NCBI GenBank assembly: GCA_963706575.1
Contig: CAVPNL010000005.1
Location: 160,001-224,000, forward strand
Direction: 5' to 3'
Length of the DNA: 64,000 nucleotides
Origin: an uncultured delta proteobacterium
Lineage (GTDB): Bacteria > Desulfobacterota > Desulfobacteria > Desulfobacterales > JAHEIW01
Shown in pieces: positions 40,065 through 50,657 of the stretch (its first letter is position 1; each line of letters opens with the position of its first letter). Below the pieces are notes generated by a model that was not told the origin of the DNA, searched no databases, and worked only from the letters and a program-made list of their open reading frames with translations. A program made the position numbers and the translations under genes.

Positions 40065-40772
40065 ATGGATGTATTACCCAAAAAGATTTCCTATCCTGCC
40101 GGGGATACAAGCGTTCCCGGCATTTTATACTTGCCTGATGATCGAGCTGCATGTGCTGCGGTGATTATTTTTCACGGGAGTGATGGCTTCAAATCCAATC
40201 ATGAGATGATCGCTCGGAAGCTGGCGAAAGAAGGATTTGCCGCGTTGGCGTTGACCTGGTTCGGTGGTGCGTCGGCGCGATCGCTGTGGAGCGCTGTTCG
40301 CGCTGACGATATCTTGCAGGCGGTTGCTTTCTTAGAACAACAACCGGCGGTGGATGCGGACAGACTGGGTTTGATCGGATTTAGCCGGGGCGGCGGTTTA
40401 GCCTTGATTATGGCGGCGCTGATCCCACAAACCAAAGCAGTCGTTAATTATTTTGGGCTGACCGCCTGGAAAGCCGGTTTGGAAGAATTTGGTCATTTGC
40501 CGCTGAACGAATCCGAACCGCTGGATTTTATCCAGAAGCTCAGTTGCCCGGTTTTATCTTTTCACGGGGAAAAAGATACGGTGGTTCCTGTTAATAACGC
40601 CATCGACTTGGATACCGCGTGTAAAAAATATGGTGTCAATCACCGGTATATACTTTATCCGGGTGTCAATCATTCGTTCATCTGGCCGGGCGATAAATAT
40701 GACCGAAAGGCCCACCTGGATTCATGGGATAAAACGCTTCGATTTTTAAAAACTAACCTGAATTCTTTTTAG
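40065..40772 (+). CDS. Dienelactone hydrolase-family alpha/beta hydrolase (Ser nucleophile)
   Basis: FHGSDG, GFSRGG, HGEKDTVV, YPGVNHSF. Confidence 0.88.
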   Translation: MDVLPKKISYPAGDTSVPGILYLPDDRAACAAVIIFHGSDGFKSNHEMIARKLAKEGFAALALTWFGGASARSLWSAVRADDILQAVAFLEQQPAVDADRLGLIGFSRGGGLALIMAALIPQTKAVVNYFGLTAWKAGLEEFGHLPLNESEPLDFIQKLSCPVLSFHGEKDTVVPVNNAIDLDTACKKYGVNHRYILYPGVNHSFIWPGDKYDRKAHLDSWDKTLRFLKTNLNSF

Positions 40773-41024
40773 AGATCTAACATGGTTTTACCGATTGGGT
40801 TTGATAGGAACATGCTTTGCAGGGTGCAGGCTTTGATCTATTGATTAACATGTGATACGGATCTTAATTTATAAACCCACGCTGAAACCCATTAATGAAT
40901 AATTGAACTCAGTCAGTATACGGACAAAACTTATCTGATCCGATTTTCCTGTACGCCATCTATCCATCTATAACTTGGACCGTTTCAATATTACACACAA
41001 TTCAAAACTCATAGGAGCATAACA

Positions 41025-41882
41025 ATGGTTACCACAAAGCCGGTTGACACCCAGGAACCTACGATTACCCGTAAAGAAATTCTTTTTCTGCAGGATGAAA
41101 ATTTTAACAGCAAAAATGTATGCGTGGTTACCGGTGCCGGTACCGGGATTGGGCGGGCGACAGCCGTTGCCACAGCTGCCAATAATTTAATGACGGTGGG
41201 GCTGGATATCAACGCCGAAGAGGGGCATAAAACCTGTAAAATAGTTGATGAAATCGGGGGCAAGATGGTCTTCATCAAAACTGATCTGACCAAAGATGAT
41301 GACCTTGAAAATGCCATCCAGCAAGCGGCCAAGCTGGGCACCATCAAATACCTGGCCAACATTGCCGGGGTGCAACACATTGATTCGGTGGATAATTTTC
41401 CCATGGAAAAATACGATTTGATGCAACGCCTGATGCTCAGAGCCCCATTTTATCTTTCCAAACTGGCCATTCCCCATATGAGAAGCAGCAGCGACGGGAT
41501 CGGCGTTATCGGCAATATGGCGTCGGTCCATGCCCATATCTGCACCAAGAATAAGCCGGTTTACAATATTACGAAATTCGGCTTGAAAGCATTGAGCCAG
41601 TCCATTTCAGCGGAAGGAGAGGGTAATATCCGTTCTTTTACGTTGAGCACGGGCTTTGTCAAAACGCCGCTGGCGTTGAATCAGATTGCCGCCCAGGCCG
41701 AGCAGCGCGGCATTACACCCGAAGAAGTCGTCACGGATGTGATGATGGGCAAATCACGTATCAAGGAGATGATGTCGCCGATCGAAGTCGGCAATCTGTT
41801 TGTTTTCGGGTTTTCAAGATTTGCCAGATATCTTATCGGCGGGGATATGCTGTTTGATGGGGGCATGGTTTTGACCTATTAA
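41025..41882 (+). CDS. SDR oxidoreductase, 3-hydroxybutyrate dehydrogenase-like
   Basis: TGAGTGIG, AGVQHI..FPMEK, ASVHA..NKPVYNITK, GFVKTPL. Confidence 0.8.
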   Translation: MVTTKPVDTQEPTITRKEILFLQDENFNSKNVCVVTGAGTGIGRATAVATAANNLMTVGLDINAEEGHKTCKIVDEIGGKMVFIKTDLTKDDDLENAIQQAAKLGTIKYLANIAGVQHIDSVDNFPMEKYDLMQRLMLRAPFYLSKLAIPHMRSSSDGIGVIGNMASVHAHICTKNKPVYNITKFGLKALSQSISAEGEGNIRSFTLSTGFVKTPLALNQIAAQAEQRGITPEEVVTDVMMGKSRIKEMMSPIEVGNLFVFGFSRFARYLIGGDMLFDGGMVLTY

Positions 41883-42231
41883 TCCATCCAGATTTGTCGC
41901 GTTTAGATGATTGTTAATCTTCACCAGCGGCTCCGATTGCATTCTTAGAATATATCATAGCTGAATATTATTTAAGAATAAAACTGAATTTAGAAGGTAA
42001 TGTCCAATCAATATTTAGTCTTGACAATACGTGAGCGGATTGAGATTAGTAAGGATGCCAAAATCATCCGTTTGAAAGCATTTTGTTATCATACATGATG
42101 ACAGATAAAAGTCTCGTCTTGCGACATAATAAGTGTTGGTTAAACTTAGACACAAGGAAGGAGGTGAGAAGAGGCGTCGCGAATAGGGTCGGAGGATTAA
42201 AGGGATAAACCTTACACATACGGAGGAAAAA

Positions 42232-43357
42232 ATGAAAAAAATAGCATTTTTCCTTTTTATCGCAAGTCTTGCCGTGGTTTTTGCACTCGGCTCCACAGCT
42301 CTGGCGGCCGAAAAAGTCAAATGGCGCATGGGCAGCACCTGGACACCCGCCATCAATCTCTACCATGGCGACCACGCCATGATCCAGTACGTGAAAGAAA
42401 TGACCAATGGCGATTTTGATATCAAATGGTTTCCGTCCGGATCCCTGATGGGGGCTTTTGAGTACTTCGATGCCTGCAGTAAAGGCGTTGTGGAGGCTGT
42501 CGGGGATTGGCCCAGTTACTGGGTGAGCAAGGATCCGGCCTTTGATTTCCTCGGTTCCATGCCGTACGGTTTTACCAACATGGATTACATGACCTGGTAT
42601 TATCAGTTCGGCGGTGAGGCCCTCTACAATGAGGCTTACGGAAAATTCGGCATGCGTTATCTCAATCTGGGATCAACGACCTCTGAGTCCGGATTCCGGA
42701 CGACCGAAAAGACCGGGCCCATCAGATCCATCGCGGACTACAAAGGCAAAAAGGTTAGAACCCCGGCGCGGGCCACCATCTGGATTCTGGAGCAACTTGG
42801 CGGCACACCGGTTAAGATGCCCGGCGGTGAGATCTATCTGGCGGTGGAAAGAGGCACCCTGGATGGGGCCGAGTTCAGCGCACCCGGTATTGACTGGGAG
42901 ATGGGCTTTGCCGAGATCACCAAGTACTGGAGCGTGCCCTGCTGGTTTCAGCCGGCATCTCAGGTCGGTGTCATGATTAATGAAAAAGCCTGGCAGAAGC
43001 TCTCCCCGCAATACCAGGCCATCCTGAGAACTGCCGCCAGGGCGGCGGCCATGGAAAGTCTGACTTTTTACGAGGCCGACTCCGGCAGAGCCATTGAGAA
43101 ATTTATCGCTAAAGGGCACCGAGATCGTCAAACTGGATGATGCCAGCCTGGAAAAGCTGGATGAGCTGTCGGGCGAATACATCATCATGTCGGCCAAGGA
43201 GCGCGGCGGGCTTTTTGCCAAGATCCTGAAATCCCAGATGTTATACCTCAATGAATATAAGGACTGGCGCGATATGACCGGCAAATTCGGTTTTGGGTTC
43301 CATCCCTCTTATGTGGATAAGGTGTTGGCAGAGCTGGATAAAATGGGTGTTCAATAG
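42232..43357 (+). CDS. dctP: TRAP transporter solute-binding DctP; frameshift near 43113
   Basis: Signal peptide, KWRMGSTW, GKKVR, GEIYLAVERGTLDGAEF; C-terminus in ORF 43094..43357. Confidence 0.9.
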
Positions 43358-43364
43358 GCTTAAG

Positions 43365-43403
43365 AGAGACCTTTGGAGACAATTCTTCAAAGGTCTCTTT
43401 TTT
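43365..43403 (+). terminator. Hairpin/intrinsic terminator after dctP
   Basis: AGAGACCTTTGGAG-ACAATT-CTTCAAAGGTCTCT-TTTTT. Confidence 0.7.
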
Positions 43404-43470
43404 CAATGTCGAGTGGGTACCGCATTCGGGCTTGACGTAAAAATTTACAGCTAAATTCAAGGTATTTCAG

Positions 43471-43979
43471 ATGCAGCTGAAAACGATTTTAAAAGGTTTC
43501 GACGGGATCAGCGAATGGTCCGGCAGGATTTTTGTCTGGTTGATCATTCCGCTGACCGTTGTGGTGGTTTTTGAGGTAATTTCCCGCAGAGTCTTTAACG
43601 CGCCGCACATCTGGGCGACTGAGGTGACCAACTACCTTTACGGCCCCCACTTTATGCTGGTGGCGGCCTATACGCTTTTGTATAAATCGCACGTCAGCAT
43701 CGACATCATTTACGGTCGCTATTCGCCGCGCACCCGGGGCATTCTGGACATTTTTACCTATCTGGTTTTTTTCTTTCCATTTTGCATTATCGTTTTCTAT
43801 CAGGGCATTGTGTTTGCCCAGACATCCTGGTCCATCGGTGAGACCAGCGAGTCGGCCGCCCTGAGAATTGTTCCCTTAATTAAAACCGTCATTCCGTTAC
43901 GTTTGGATTGCTGTTGATCCAGGGATTGGCCAATTTTATACGCAGTATTATGCTCGTCGTCAGGGGAAAAGAAATATGA
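43471..43979 (+). CDS. dctQ: TRAP small permease DctQ; frameshift near 43896
   Basis: FEVISRRVFNAP, HVSIDII; restored tail TFGLLLIQGLANF..GKEI* overlaps the dctM ATG. Confidence 0.88.
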
Positions 43980-45302
43980 GTCCGGAATTTATCACCATCG
44001 GTATGTTTGTGGGGCTTTTAATCGGCCTTTTTTTAGGCCACCCGCTGGCCTTCGTCCTTGGCGGTCTGGCGGTGATATTCGGTTATTTTGGTGACTGGGG
44101 CACGCGCCAGTTTTTACATGTTTTTAAACCGGACCTGGGGCATCATGGACAATTATATCCTGGTATGCATCCCGCTGTTTATCTTTATGGCGCAGATGCT
44201 GGATCAATCCGGTGTGGCCGAAGATCTCTTTGATACCATGCGCTACCTGTTTGGCCCCATCCGCGGGGGAATTGCCGTTGCGGTGGTGGTGGTTTCGACA
44301 TTATTCGGTGCTTGTACGGGGATCATCGGCGCGTCGGTCGTCACCATGGGTCTTTTGAGCATGCCGGTGATGCTCAAATATAATTACAATAAACGACTGG
44401 CATCCGGAGCGGTTTGCGCCGGGGGCACGCTGGGGATTCTGATTCCCCCCAGTATTATGCTGGTGGTTATGGCGGACCAGGCCGCCACATCGGTGGGCAA
44501 GCTTTTTGCCGGTGCGATTATTCCCGGACTGATTCTGTCGGGTCTGTATATCGGCTACATTTTGATTCGTTGTGGGTTCAAACCCCATGAGGGGCCGCCC
44601 CTGAGCAAAGAAGAGCGACAGGCGATCACCAAGTTTCAGCTGCTCAAAATGGTGCTGAAATCGATGGTGCCGCCCATGATTCTGATTCTGGGTGTCCTGG
44701 GCTCCATCTTTGCCGGCATTGCCACCCCGACTGAAGCCGCCGGAGTGGGCGCTTTGCTGGCCTTTATCATGACCGTGGCTTACGGCAAGTTCACCTTTGA
44801 AAACCTTAAAACAGCCGTCATCAATACCGCCAAAACCACCTCCATGGTGATCCTCATTTTGGTGGGGGCGGCCTGTTTTGCCAGTATTTTTCTGGGTTCC
44901 GGCGGCGGGGAGGTCGTCCAGGATTTTATTCTGGGAATCGGTTTCGGCAAATGGGGCACGTTTATCGTCATGATGATTATCCTCTTTTTTCTGGGGATGT
45001 TCATCGACTGGATCGGCATCATCATGATCACCTTTCCGGTTTTTTTGCCGATCGCGCAAGAACTGGGATTTGACAAGGTCTGGTTTGTGGTCACCATGGC
45101 CGTGATGCTGCAGGACTCTTTTTTAACGCCACCCTTTGGTTATGCCTTGTTTTACCTGAAAGGCGTCGCACCACCGGAAGTGAAAACATCAGATATTTAC
45201 TGGGGCGCCTTTCCCTTCTGGCGGCTGATGGAAGTCGGCCTGATCATTGTTGTGGTGTGGCCATCCACCATCACCTGGCTGGCGAATATATTGGTGAAGT
45301 AG
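43976..45302 (+). CDS. dctM: TRAP large permease DctM; frameshift near 44100
   Basis: IPLFIFMA, GGTLGILIPPS, ATPTEAA, SFLTPPFG. Confidence 0.92.
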
Positions 45303-45368
45303 CAATCCTGAGGTTTAAATGTAACTTGTTCTAACGACTTGTAAAAAATTAAGCAGAACTTAATTCGT

Positions 45369-45500
45369 AAATCCGAAGCACGAAATCCGAAATTCGAAAC
45401 AAATTCTAAATCTCAAATTCCAATGATCAAAACAGGTTTTGAATTTTTGTCATTCGATATTCGAATTTGTTTCGGATTTCTTGTTTCGGATTTCGATTTT
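45369..45500. repeat. Long imperfect hairpin of 7-mer-like repeats (AAATCCG/CGGATTT)
   Basis: AAATCCGAAGCACGAAATCCGAAATTCGAAAC..GTTTCGGATTTCTTGTTTCGGATTTC. Confidence 0.7.
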
Positions 45501-45571
45501 TTAAAATTTGTATCTGTCGAGATAAAAGCACAGCGAGAATAATTAGGAGGAAAAAAGAAAGGAAGACGACC

Positions 45572-47217
45572 GTGCTAAAGCCTGGCAAAAGCTATAAGGA
45601 GGTCTACAATTCTTTCTGCTGGGAGATCCCGCAGCACTATAACATCGGGGTGGATATTTGTGACAAATGGGCCCGGCAATCCGATCGTCTGGCCCTGATT
45701 TATGAAAATGAAAGCGGCCAGTGTCGAAAAATACACCTTTGCTGATCTAAAGGGGTTATCCAACCGGATGGCGAACGGCCTTAAGGCCAACGGCATCGAG
45801 CAGGGTGACCGCTTTGGGATCCTGCTGCCACAGTGTCCCGAAACGGCCATCAGTCATATTGCCGCTTACAAGCTCGGCGCCATCGCCATTCCGCTTTTCA
45901 CACTTTTCGGCACCGATGCCCTCGAGTATCGTCTGTCCAACAGCGAAGCCAAAGGCATCGTCACCGATAGCGCCAATCTGCCGAAGATCATGCAAATTCG
46001 GCAGAACCTGCCGGATCTGGAAGTGGTGATCGTCACCCGCGGTGAAAAAGGGGATAACGTTCTGGATTTCGGCAAGCTGATCGAAAAAGGATCTGCCGAT
46101 TTTAGATCCGGTTAAAACCAAAGCTGACGATCCGGCCCTGATTATTTACACATCGGGGACCACCGGCCCGCCTAAAGGCGCGCTGCATGCCCACCGGGTG
46201 TTACTGGGGCATTTGCCGGGTGTGGAGTTTCCGCACAATTTTTTCCCTCAAGAAAATGATTTCTTCTGGACACCGGCGGATTGGGCCTGGATCGGCGGCC
46301 TGATCGATGTGCTTTTTCCCAGCTGGCACCATGGTATTCCGGTTCTGGCGCACCGCGCCAAGAAATTTGACCCGGAAGAAGCCTTCCACCTGATTGCCAG
46401 ATACAAAATCCGCAATGCGTTTATGCCGCCGACCGCTTTGAAACTGATGCGTCAGGTTAAAGATCCCCGCAGCCGCCACAAATTTGAAATGCGGAGTATC
46501 GGCAGCGGCGGTGAAACATTGGGTGAAGAGCTTCTGGATTGGGGCAAAGATGTGTTTAATTTGAACATCAATGAATTCTACGGGCAGACCGAGGCGAATC
46601 TGGTGGTAGGCAATTGTGCAACGGTCATGACCAATTTGCCCGGTTCCATGGGCCGAGCCGTTCCCGGGCACACCGTCGCGGTGGTAGATGATTCGGGTCA
46701 ACCCCTGCCGACGGGAACCGCAGGTGAGGTTGCCATCAGGCGTCCCGACCCGGTCATGTTCTTGGAATACTGGAAGAATCCGAAGGCCACCGCTGATAAA
46801 TATGTGGGCGATTGGTGCCTGACGGGCGATCTGGCCAAACAGGATGATGAAGGGTATTTTTGGTTCGTCGGCCGCAAGGATGATGTCATTACCAGTGCCG
46901 GCTATCGCATCGGGCCGGCCGAAATTGAAGACTGCATCATGAAACATCCGGCCGTGGGTATGGTGGCGGTTGTCGGCAGCCCGGATGAAGTGCGTACCGA
47001 AATCGTAAAAGCCTTTATTGTCCTCAAGGCTGATGTTGCTGCGGGTGACGAGGTGGCTGCGGATATAAAGCAGTTTGTCAAAGTCAGACTGGCAGCCCAT
47101 GAGTACCCGCGGGAAATTGAATTCGTCGACGAACTGCCAATGACCGCCACCGGGAAAATCATGCGCAAGGATTTAAAAGCGCTGGAGCGTGAACGCAAGA
47201 TGAAGAAAAAGTTATGA
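45572..47217 (+). CDS. Acyl-CoA synthetase (short/medium-chain, AMP-forming); frameshifts near 45722 and 46104
   Basis: YNIGVDICD, YTSGTTGPPKG (restored), ADWAWIGG, YGQTE, TGD, GRKDDVI, TATGKI. Confidence 0.9.
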
Positions 47218-47241
47218 TCTGGAACGGACGAATTTGAGAAG

Positions 47242-47320
47242 CCTCACGCTAAGCCGCAAAGATCGCAAAGAAAAACCATAGAAAAGTATAATCTAAAAAT
47301 CTTTGCGCCTTTGCGTGAGG
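47242..47320. repeat. CGCAAAG-type inverted repeat between convergent genes
   Basis: CCTCACGCTAAGCCGCAAAGATCGCAAAG..CTTTGCGCCTTTGCGTGAGG; related copy about 50552-50617. Confidence 0.65.
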
Positions 47321-47338
47321 TAAATATGTAGAAAGAAG

Positions 47339-47833
47339 CTAATCTTCCTCCGGTAGGCGTATGACTAAAACCGGCGTCTTACAGCGCCTGAGCACCCGTC
47401 GCGACACGCTTCCCATCAATGTATCTGCCAGAACGCCGTGGCCGTGGGCACCCATAACGACCATATCATAGCTGTTGTTTTCAACTTCCAGCAAAATTTC
47501 GTCTACCGGGTTACCGATTTTGACCATAATATTGTCGGTGATAAACGGACATGACGGAAGATCCGCCTGCACATCATCACAGAACTTCGTGAGCCTGGAT
47601 TTGATGGTATCAAGAACCTCTTTTTCATTACGCCCCCGCAGCTCCTCCCACTTATCTTCTCCGATGATGTTAATCACCAGGCTGTCGGTTGTGGGAGAGA
47701 TATCTTCTAAAACGTGAAAGATGGTGACGCCGGCGTCGTATCGATTGGCCAGGCTGGCCGCATAACCAAACGCATAACGGGCGTTTTCTGAAAGATCTGT
47801 CGTGTAGAGAATTTTGTTTATTGCAGGTATCAT
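47339..47833 (-). CDS. Universal stress protein
   Basis: KILYTTDLSENA..VVMGAHGHG..MGSVSRRVLRRCKTPVL. Confidence 0.95.
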   Translation of the reverse strand: MIPAINKILYTTDLSENARYAFGYAASLANRYDAGVTIFHVLEDISPTTDSLVINIIGEDKWEELRGRNEKEVLDTIKSRLTKFCDDVQADLPSCPFITDNIMVKIGNPVDEILLEVENNSYDMVVMGAHGHGVLADTLMGSVSRRVLRRCKTPVLVIRLPEED

Positions 47834-48003
47834 TTTTTCCTCCGGGGCTATGTCTGCACCATCCGTTCGGCAGACCTGATGGGGGTTGCATTATCTTAGA
47901 GATTACCTGAATTTTGTACCTAAATAACCATTTGCAAAATTCAGGTATTAAGATAAAAGATAAACTGGAATATAATGATAACTTTAAACGGGTTCAAGTT
48001 AAA

Positions 48004-48306
48004 ATGTCTGAAACAACGGAACTGATATTAGGTATCGCTGCCCTCATAGCCGTCATTACCCTTACGAGAAGGTATCACGCCTGGCGAATTAAACGGGCTT
48101 ACATTTTCATCATCGATGATCTTAAAAAAAACGGTGCGTATAGTGCCCATTCTGCTGTGGACCTGCCTTATGCCAAAAGAAATCTGTTAAAAATGGGCCT
48201 GCGGCAGCACCATCCCCAGGCCCTTGACCATCTCATCATGGAAAATATTGTCGGCAAAACCGAAGACGAACGCTATTACCTCGTTCAGGAAAATGTCGGC
48301 CTATAA
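48004..48306 (+). CDS. Small hypothetical membrane-anchored protein
   Basis: N-terminal TM LILGIAALIAVITL followed by RR; terminator-like hairpin over the stop. Confidence 0.65.
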   Translation: MSETTELILGIAALIAVITLTRRYHAWRIKRAYIFIIDDLKKNGAYSAHSAVDLPYAKRNLLKMGLRQHHPQALDHLIMENIVGKTEDERYYLVQENVGL

Positions 48307-48317
48307 GCCGACATTTT
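48290..48317 (+). terminator. Intrinsic terminator-like hairpin
   Basis: AAAATGTCGGC-CTATAA-GCCGACATTTT. Confidence 0.55.
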
Positions 48318-48459
48318 GTTATTCGTTATTTGTTATTTGAAAAAATCCTGTATGAATTTTTTTACTCTTTTTAATTACCGCGGATGATTGGAGGTTAATT
48401 TCTCATTTTAAAATGATGAAAATATCCGCAGATAATCCAATAGCCAATAACGTAAAACG

Positions 48460-48483
48460 AAAACGGGCCTATTGGCCCGTTTT
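48460..48483 (-). terminator. Bidirectional terminator-like hairpin after HOT
   Basis: AAAACGGGCC-TATT-GGCCCGTTTT. Confidence 0.65.
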
Positions 48484-49761
48484 CTACCACAGGGTGAGTG
48501 AATCTAAAAACAGCTGCTTCAAATCCTCAGCGCTCGCCGGCCGCGGGGATAATTTGGTCACCCGGTGCTGAGGCAATGTTCCCTCCACCAGTTTATCAAC
48601 ATCATCCGGCCCATAACCCACGGCGCTGAGCCCGTTGGGCATTCCCACCTTACGCATGATCTCTAAAATGGCGTCGGCCAGGAGTGGACCGGCGTCTTCA
48701 GGTGAGGCACCGGTAATATCTTTGCCCATCAGTCCGGCGGCGTTCAGATGCTGAGCAGGATTCGCCGAAGCCGTAAATCGAAAAACCGCCGGCGCGTTCA
48801 AGACGACTGCCATCCCGTGGGGAACCAGCGGGTGATCCGGCGGATACCCCTCGGGCACATAATCGCGCACCATTCCCGATACGGGATACGACATGCCGTG
48901 AGGCAGATGACATCCGGCGTTTCCAAAGCCGATGCCGGCATAGGTGGCTGCCAGCATCACTTCTCCGCGGGCCTCATCATCGGAAGGATCTTCAATGACC
49001 CGAATCAGGTACTGGGAGATCATTTCAATGGCCCGGGAAGCCCAGATGTCGGAGATGGGATTGGAGCCTTGATATGCGGGGCGCATCCCGGGATGATCGG
49101 GAGCCGGCCGCTGGTTGTAAGGCAGCGCGGTCATGGCTTCCAGCGCGTGGGTCAGTTGATCCAACCCGGTGCAGGCGGCAATCATTTTGGGAAGCGCCCG
49201 GGTATTATTGGGATCGACAATGCCTTTTATCGGCCGCAGCGCGCGGTGCGCAATTCCGGTTTTGGCGTGCATTTCCAGATAATCAAAAATGGCCACGCCG
49301 GTCGTTTCACTACCGGTACCGGCCGTTGTCGGGACCGCTACCAGCGGTTTTAAGGGCCCGGGGACGGGTTCGCCTTTGCCGACCGGCGGATTCACGTAGG
49401 CCATAAAATCTGCCGGATAGGTCGCATACAGGTTGGCGGCCTTGGCGGTGTCCATGCTGGACCCCCCGCCGACCGCGACAAAGCCGTCGAAATTGCCGTC
49501 TTCGGCAAACTGAATGGCCTCTTTAAAAGAAATATCCGTTGGTTCCACACTGGCCTGGTCATATAACACGGCATCGATGCCATGTTTGTTTAAAGCGTCA
49601 AGCGTCACGGCAACCGGCTCCTCATCTGCCAGATGGGGATCAGTGACGACCATCACCCGTCTGGCACCTTGTTCTTCCATGTCCCATCCGACCTCGCGCG
49701 TAACGCCTGGCCCGTACTTGATACTGGATGTATCCATCGAGAATGCTGTTTCTAGTGTCAT
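48484..49761 (-). CDS. Hydroxyacid-oxoacid transhydrogenase (HOT/ADHFe1-like iron-containing ADH)
   Basis: SSIKYGPGVTREVG, GGGSSMDTAK, PTTAGTGSETTG, RPAYQGSNPISD, GNAGCHLPHGMSYPVSG, PHG. Confidence 0.9.
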   Translation of the reverse strand: MTLETAFSMDTSSIKYGPGVTREVGWDMEEQGARRVMVVTDPHLADEEPVAVTLDALNKHGIDAVLYDQASVEPTDISFKEAIQFAEDGNFDGFVAVGGGSSMDTAKAANLYATYPADFMAYVNPPVGKGEPVPGPLKPLVAVPTTAGTGSETTGVAIFDYLEMHAKTGIAHRALRPIKGIVDPNNTRALPKMIAACTGLDQLTHALEAMTALPYNQRPAPDHPGMRPAYQGSNPISDIWASRAIEMISQYLIRVIEDPSDDEARGEVMLAATYAGIGFGNAGCHLPHGMSYPVSGMVRDYVPEGYPPDHPLVPHGMAVVLNAPAVFRFTASANPAQHLNAAGLMGKDITGASPEDAGPLLADAILEIMRKVGMPNGLSAVGYGPDDVDKLVEGTLPQHRVTKLSPRPASAEDLKQLFLDSLTLW

Positions 49762-49797
49762 GATTCTTATCCTCCATTGTTCAAAATTATTTTTCAA

Positions 49798-49859
49798 ATC
49801 GCGTCTGGAGGCCGCTCCCACATCAAATGAATTCGGTGGGAGCGGCCTCCAGCCGCGAT
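49798..49859. repeat. REP-like inverted doublet (same family as 25008)
   Basis: ATCGCGTCTGGAGGCCGCTCCCAC..GTGGGAGCGGCCTCCAGCCGCGAT. Confidence 0.8.
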
Positions 49860-49884
49860 AAATTTCAACAACTGCGCAGGCAGG

Positions 49885-50526
49885 CTATTGAAGATCGATG
49901 AAACTCCTGGCGATCGTCACCGCTTCGGCGGCGTCTTCCCCGTAGGCGTCGGCTCCGATTCTTTCTGCAAAATCTGCATCTACCGGTGCGCCGCCGATCA
50001 TCACTTTCACCTTTTTACGGATACCCCTGTCTTGCAGCAGATTGATCACATTCTCCATCTCCGGCATGGTGGTGGTGAGCAGGGCCGATAAACCCAGGAC
50101 CTGTGGTTGAATCTCGTTGACTTTATCGATTAGCTTCTCAACCGTAACGTCGACACCCAGGTCGATAACCTCCAAGCCGGCGCCCTCCAACATCATGGCC
50201 ACCAGATTTTTTCCAATGTCGTGCAGGTCACCCTTGACCGTGCACAAAACGACCTTTCCCTTGCTTTGTTCTTCATCTTCTTTTAACAAGGGTTTGATAA
50301 TATCCAGCCCCTTTTTCATCGTCACGGCGGAGACCAGCATTTCCGGCACAAAAATTTCACTCTTGGCAAAGCGATCACCCACCACATCCATGGCGGCAAT
50401 TAAGGCCCGGTTGATGAGGTCATCCAGGTTGGCTTTTTCCTGAATTGCTTTTTGCACAAGGGCTTCGATCTCCTTATGCTTGCCGGCGATCACGGTATTT
50501 TTGATTTCTTCAAGCAATTTTTCCAT
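49885..50526 (-). CDS. Methyltransferase-cognate corrinoid protein
   Basis: FVPEML, GDLHDIGKNLV, LSALLTTTM, IGGAP. Confidence 0.95.
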   Translation of the reverse strand: MEKLLEEIKNTVIAGKHKEIEALVQKAIQEKANLDDLINRALIAAMDVVGDRFAKSEIFVPEMLVSAVTMKKGLDIIKPLLKEDEEQSKGKVVLCTVKGDLHDIGKNLVAMMLEGAGLEVIDLGVDVTVEKLIDKVNEIQPQVLGLSALLTTTMPEMENVINLLQDRGIRKKVKVMIGGAPVDADFAERIGADAYGEDAAEAVTIARSFIDLQ

Positions 50527-50657
50527 TTGATTTTTTCCTTGTTAATTTTTTACCGCAAAGCTGCAGAGGGCGCAGAGCCTTTAATTTTAAAAAAAACGCT
50601 GCGATCTCTGCGTCTCTAACGAATTCAGTGGGTGGGCGGTGAGAGATAACCAACCCG

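Noticed and set aside
46201..47100. Long antisense or alternate-frame ORFs (this one, 44301..45059, 30099..30902, 2837..3592)
   Set aside because: They overlap well-supported genes and have no motifs; shadow ORFs.
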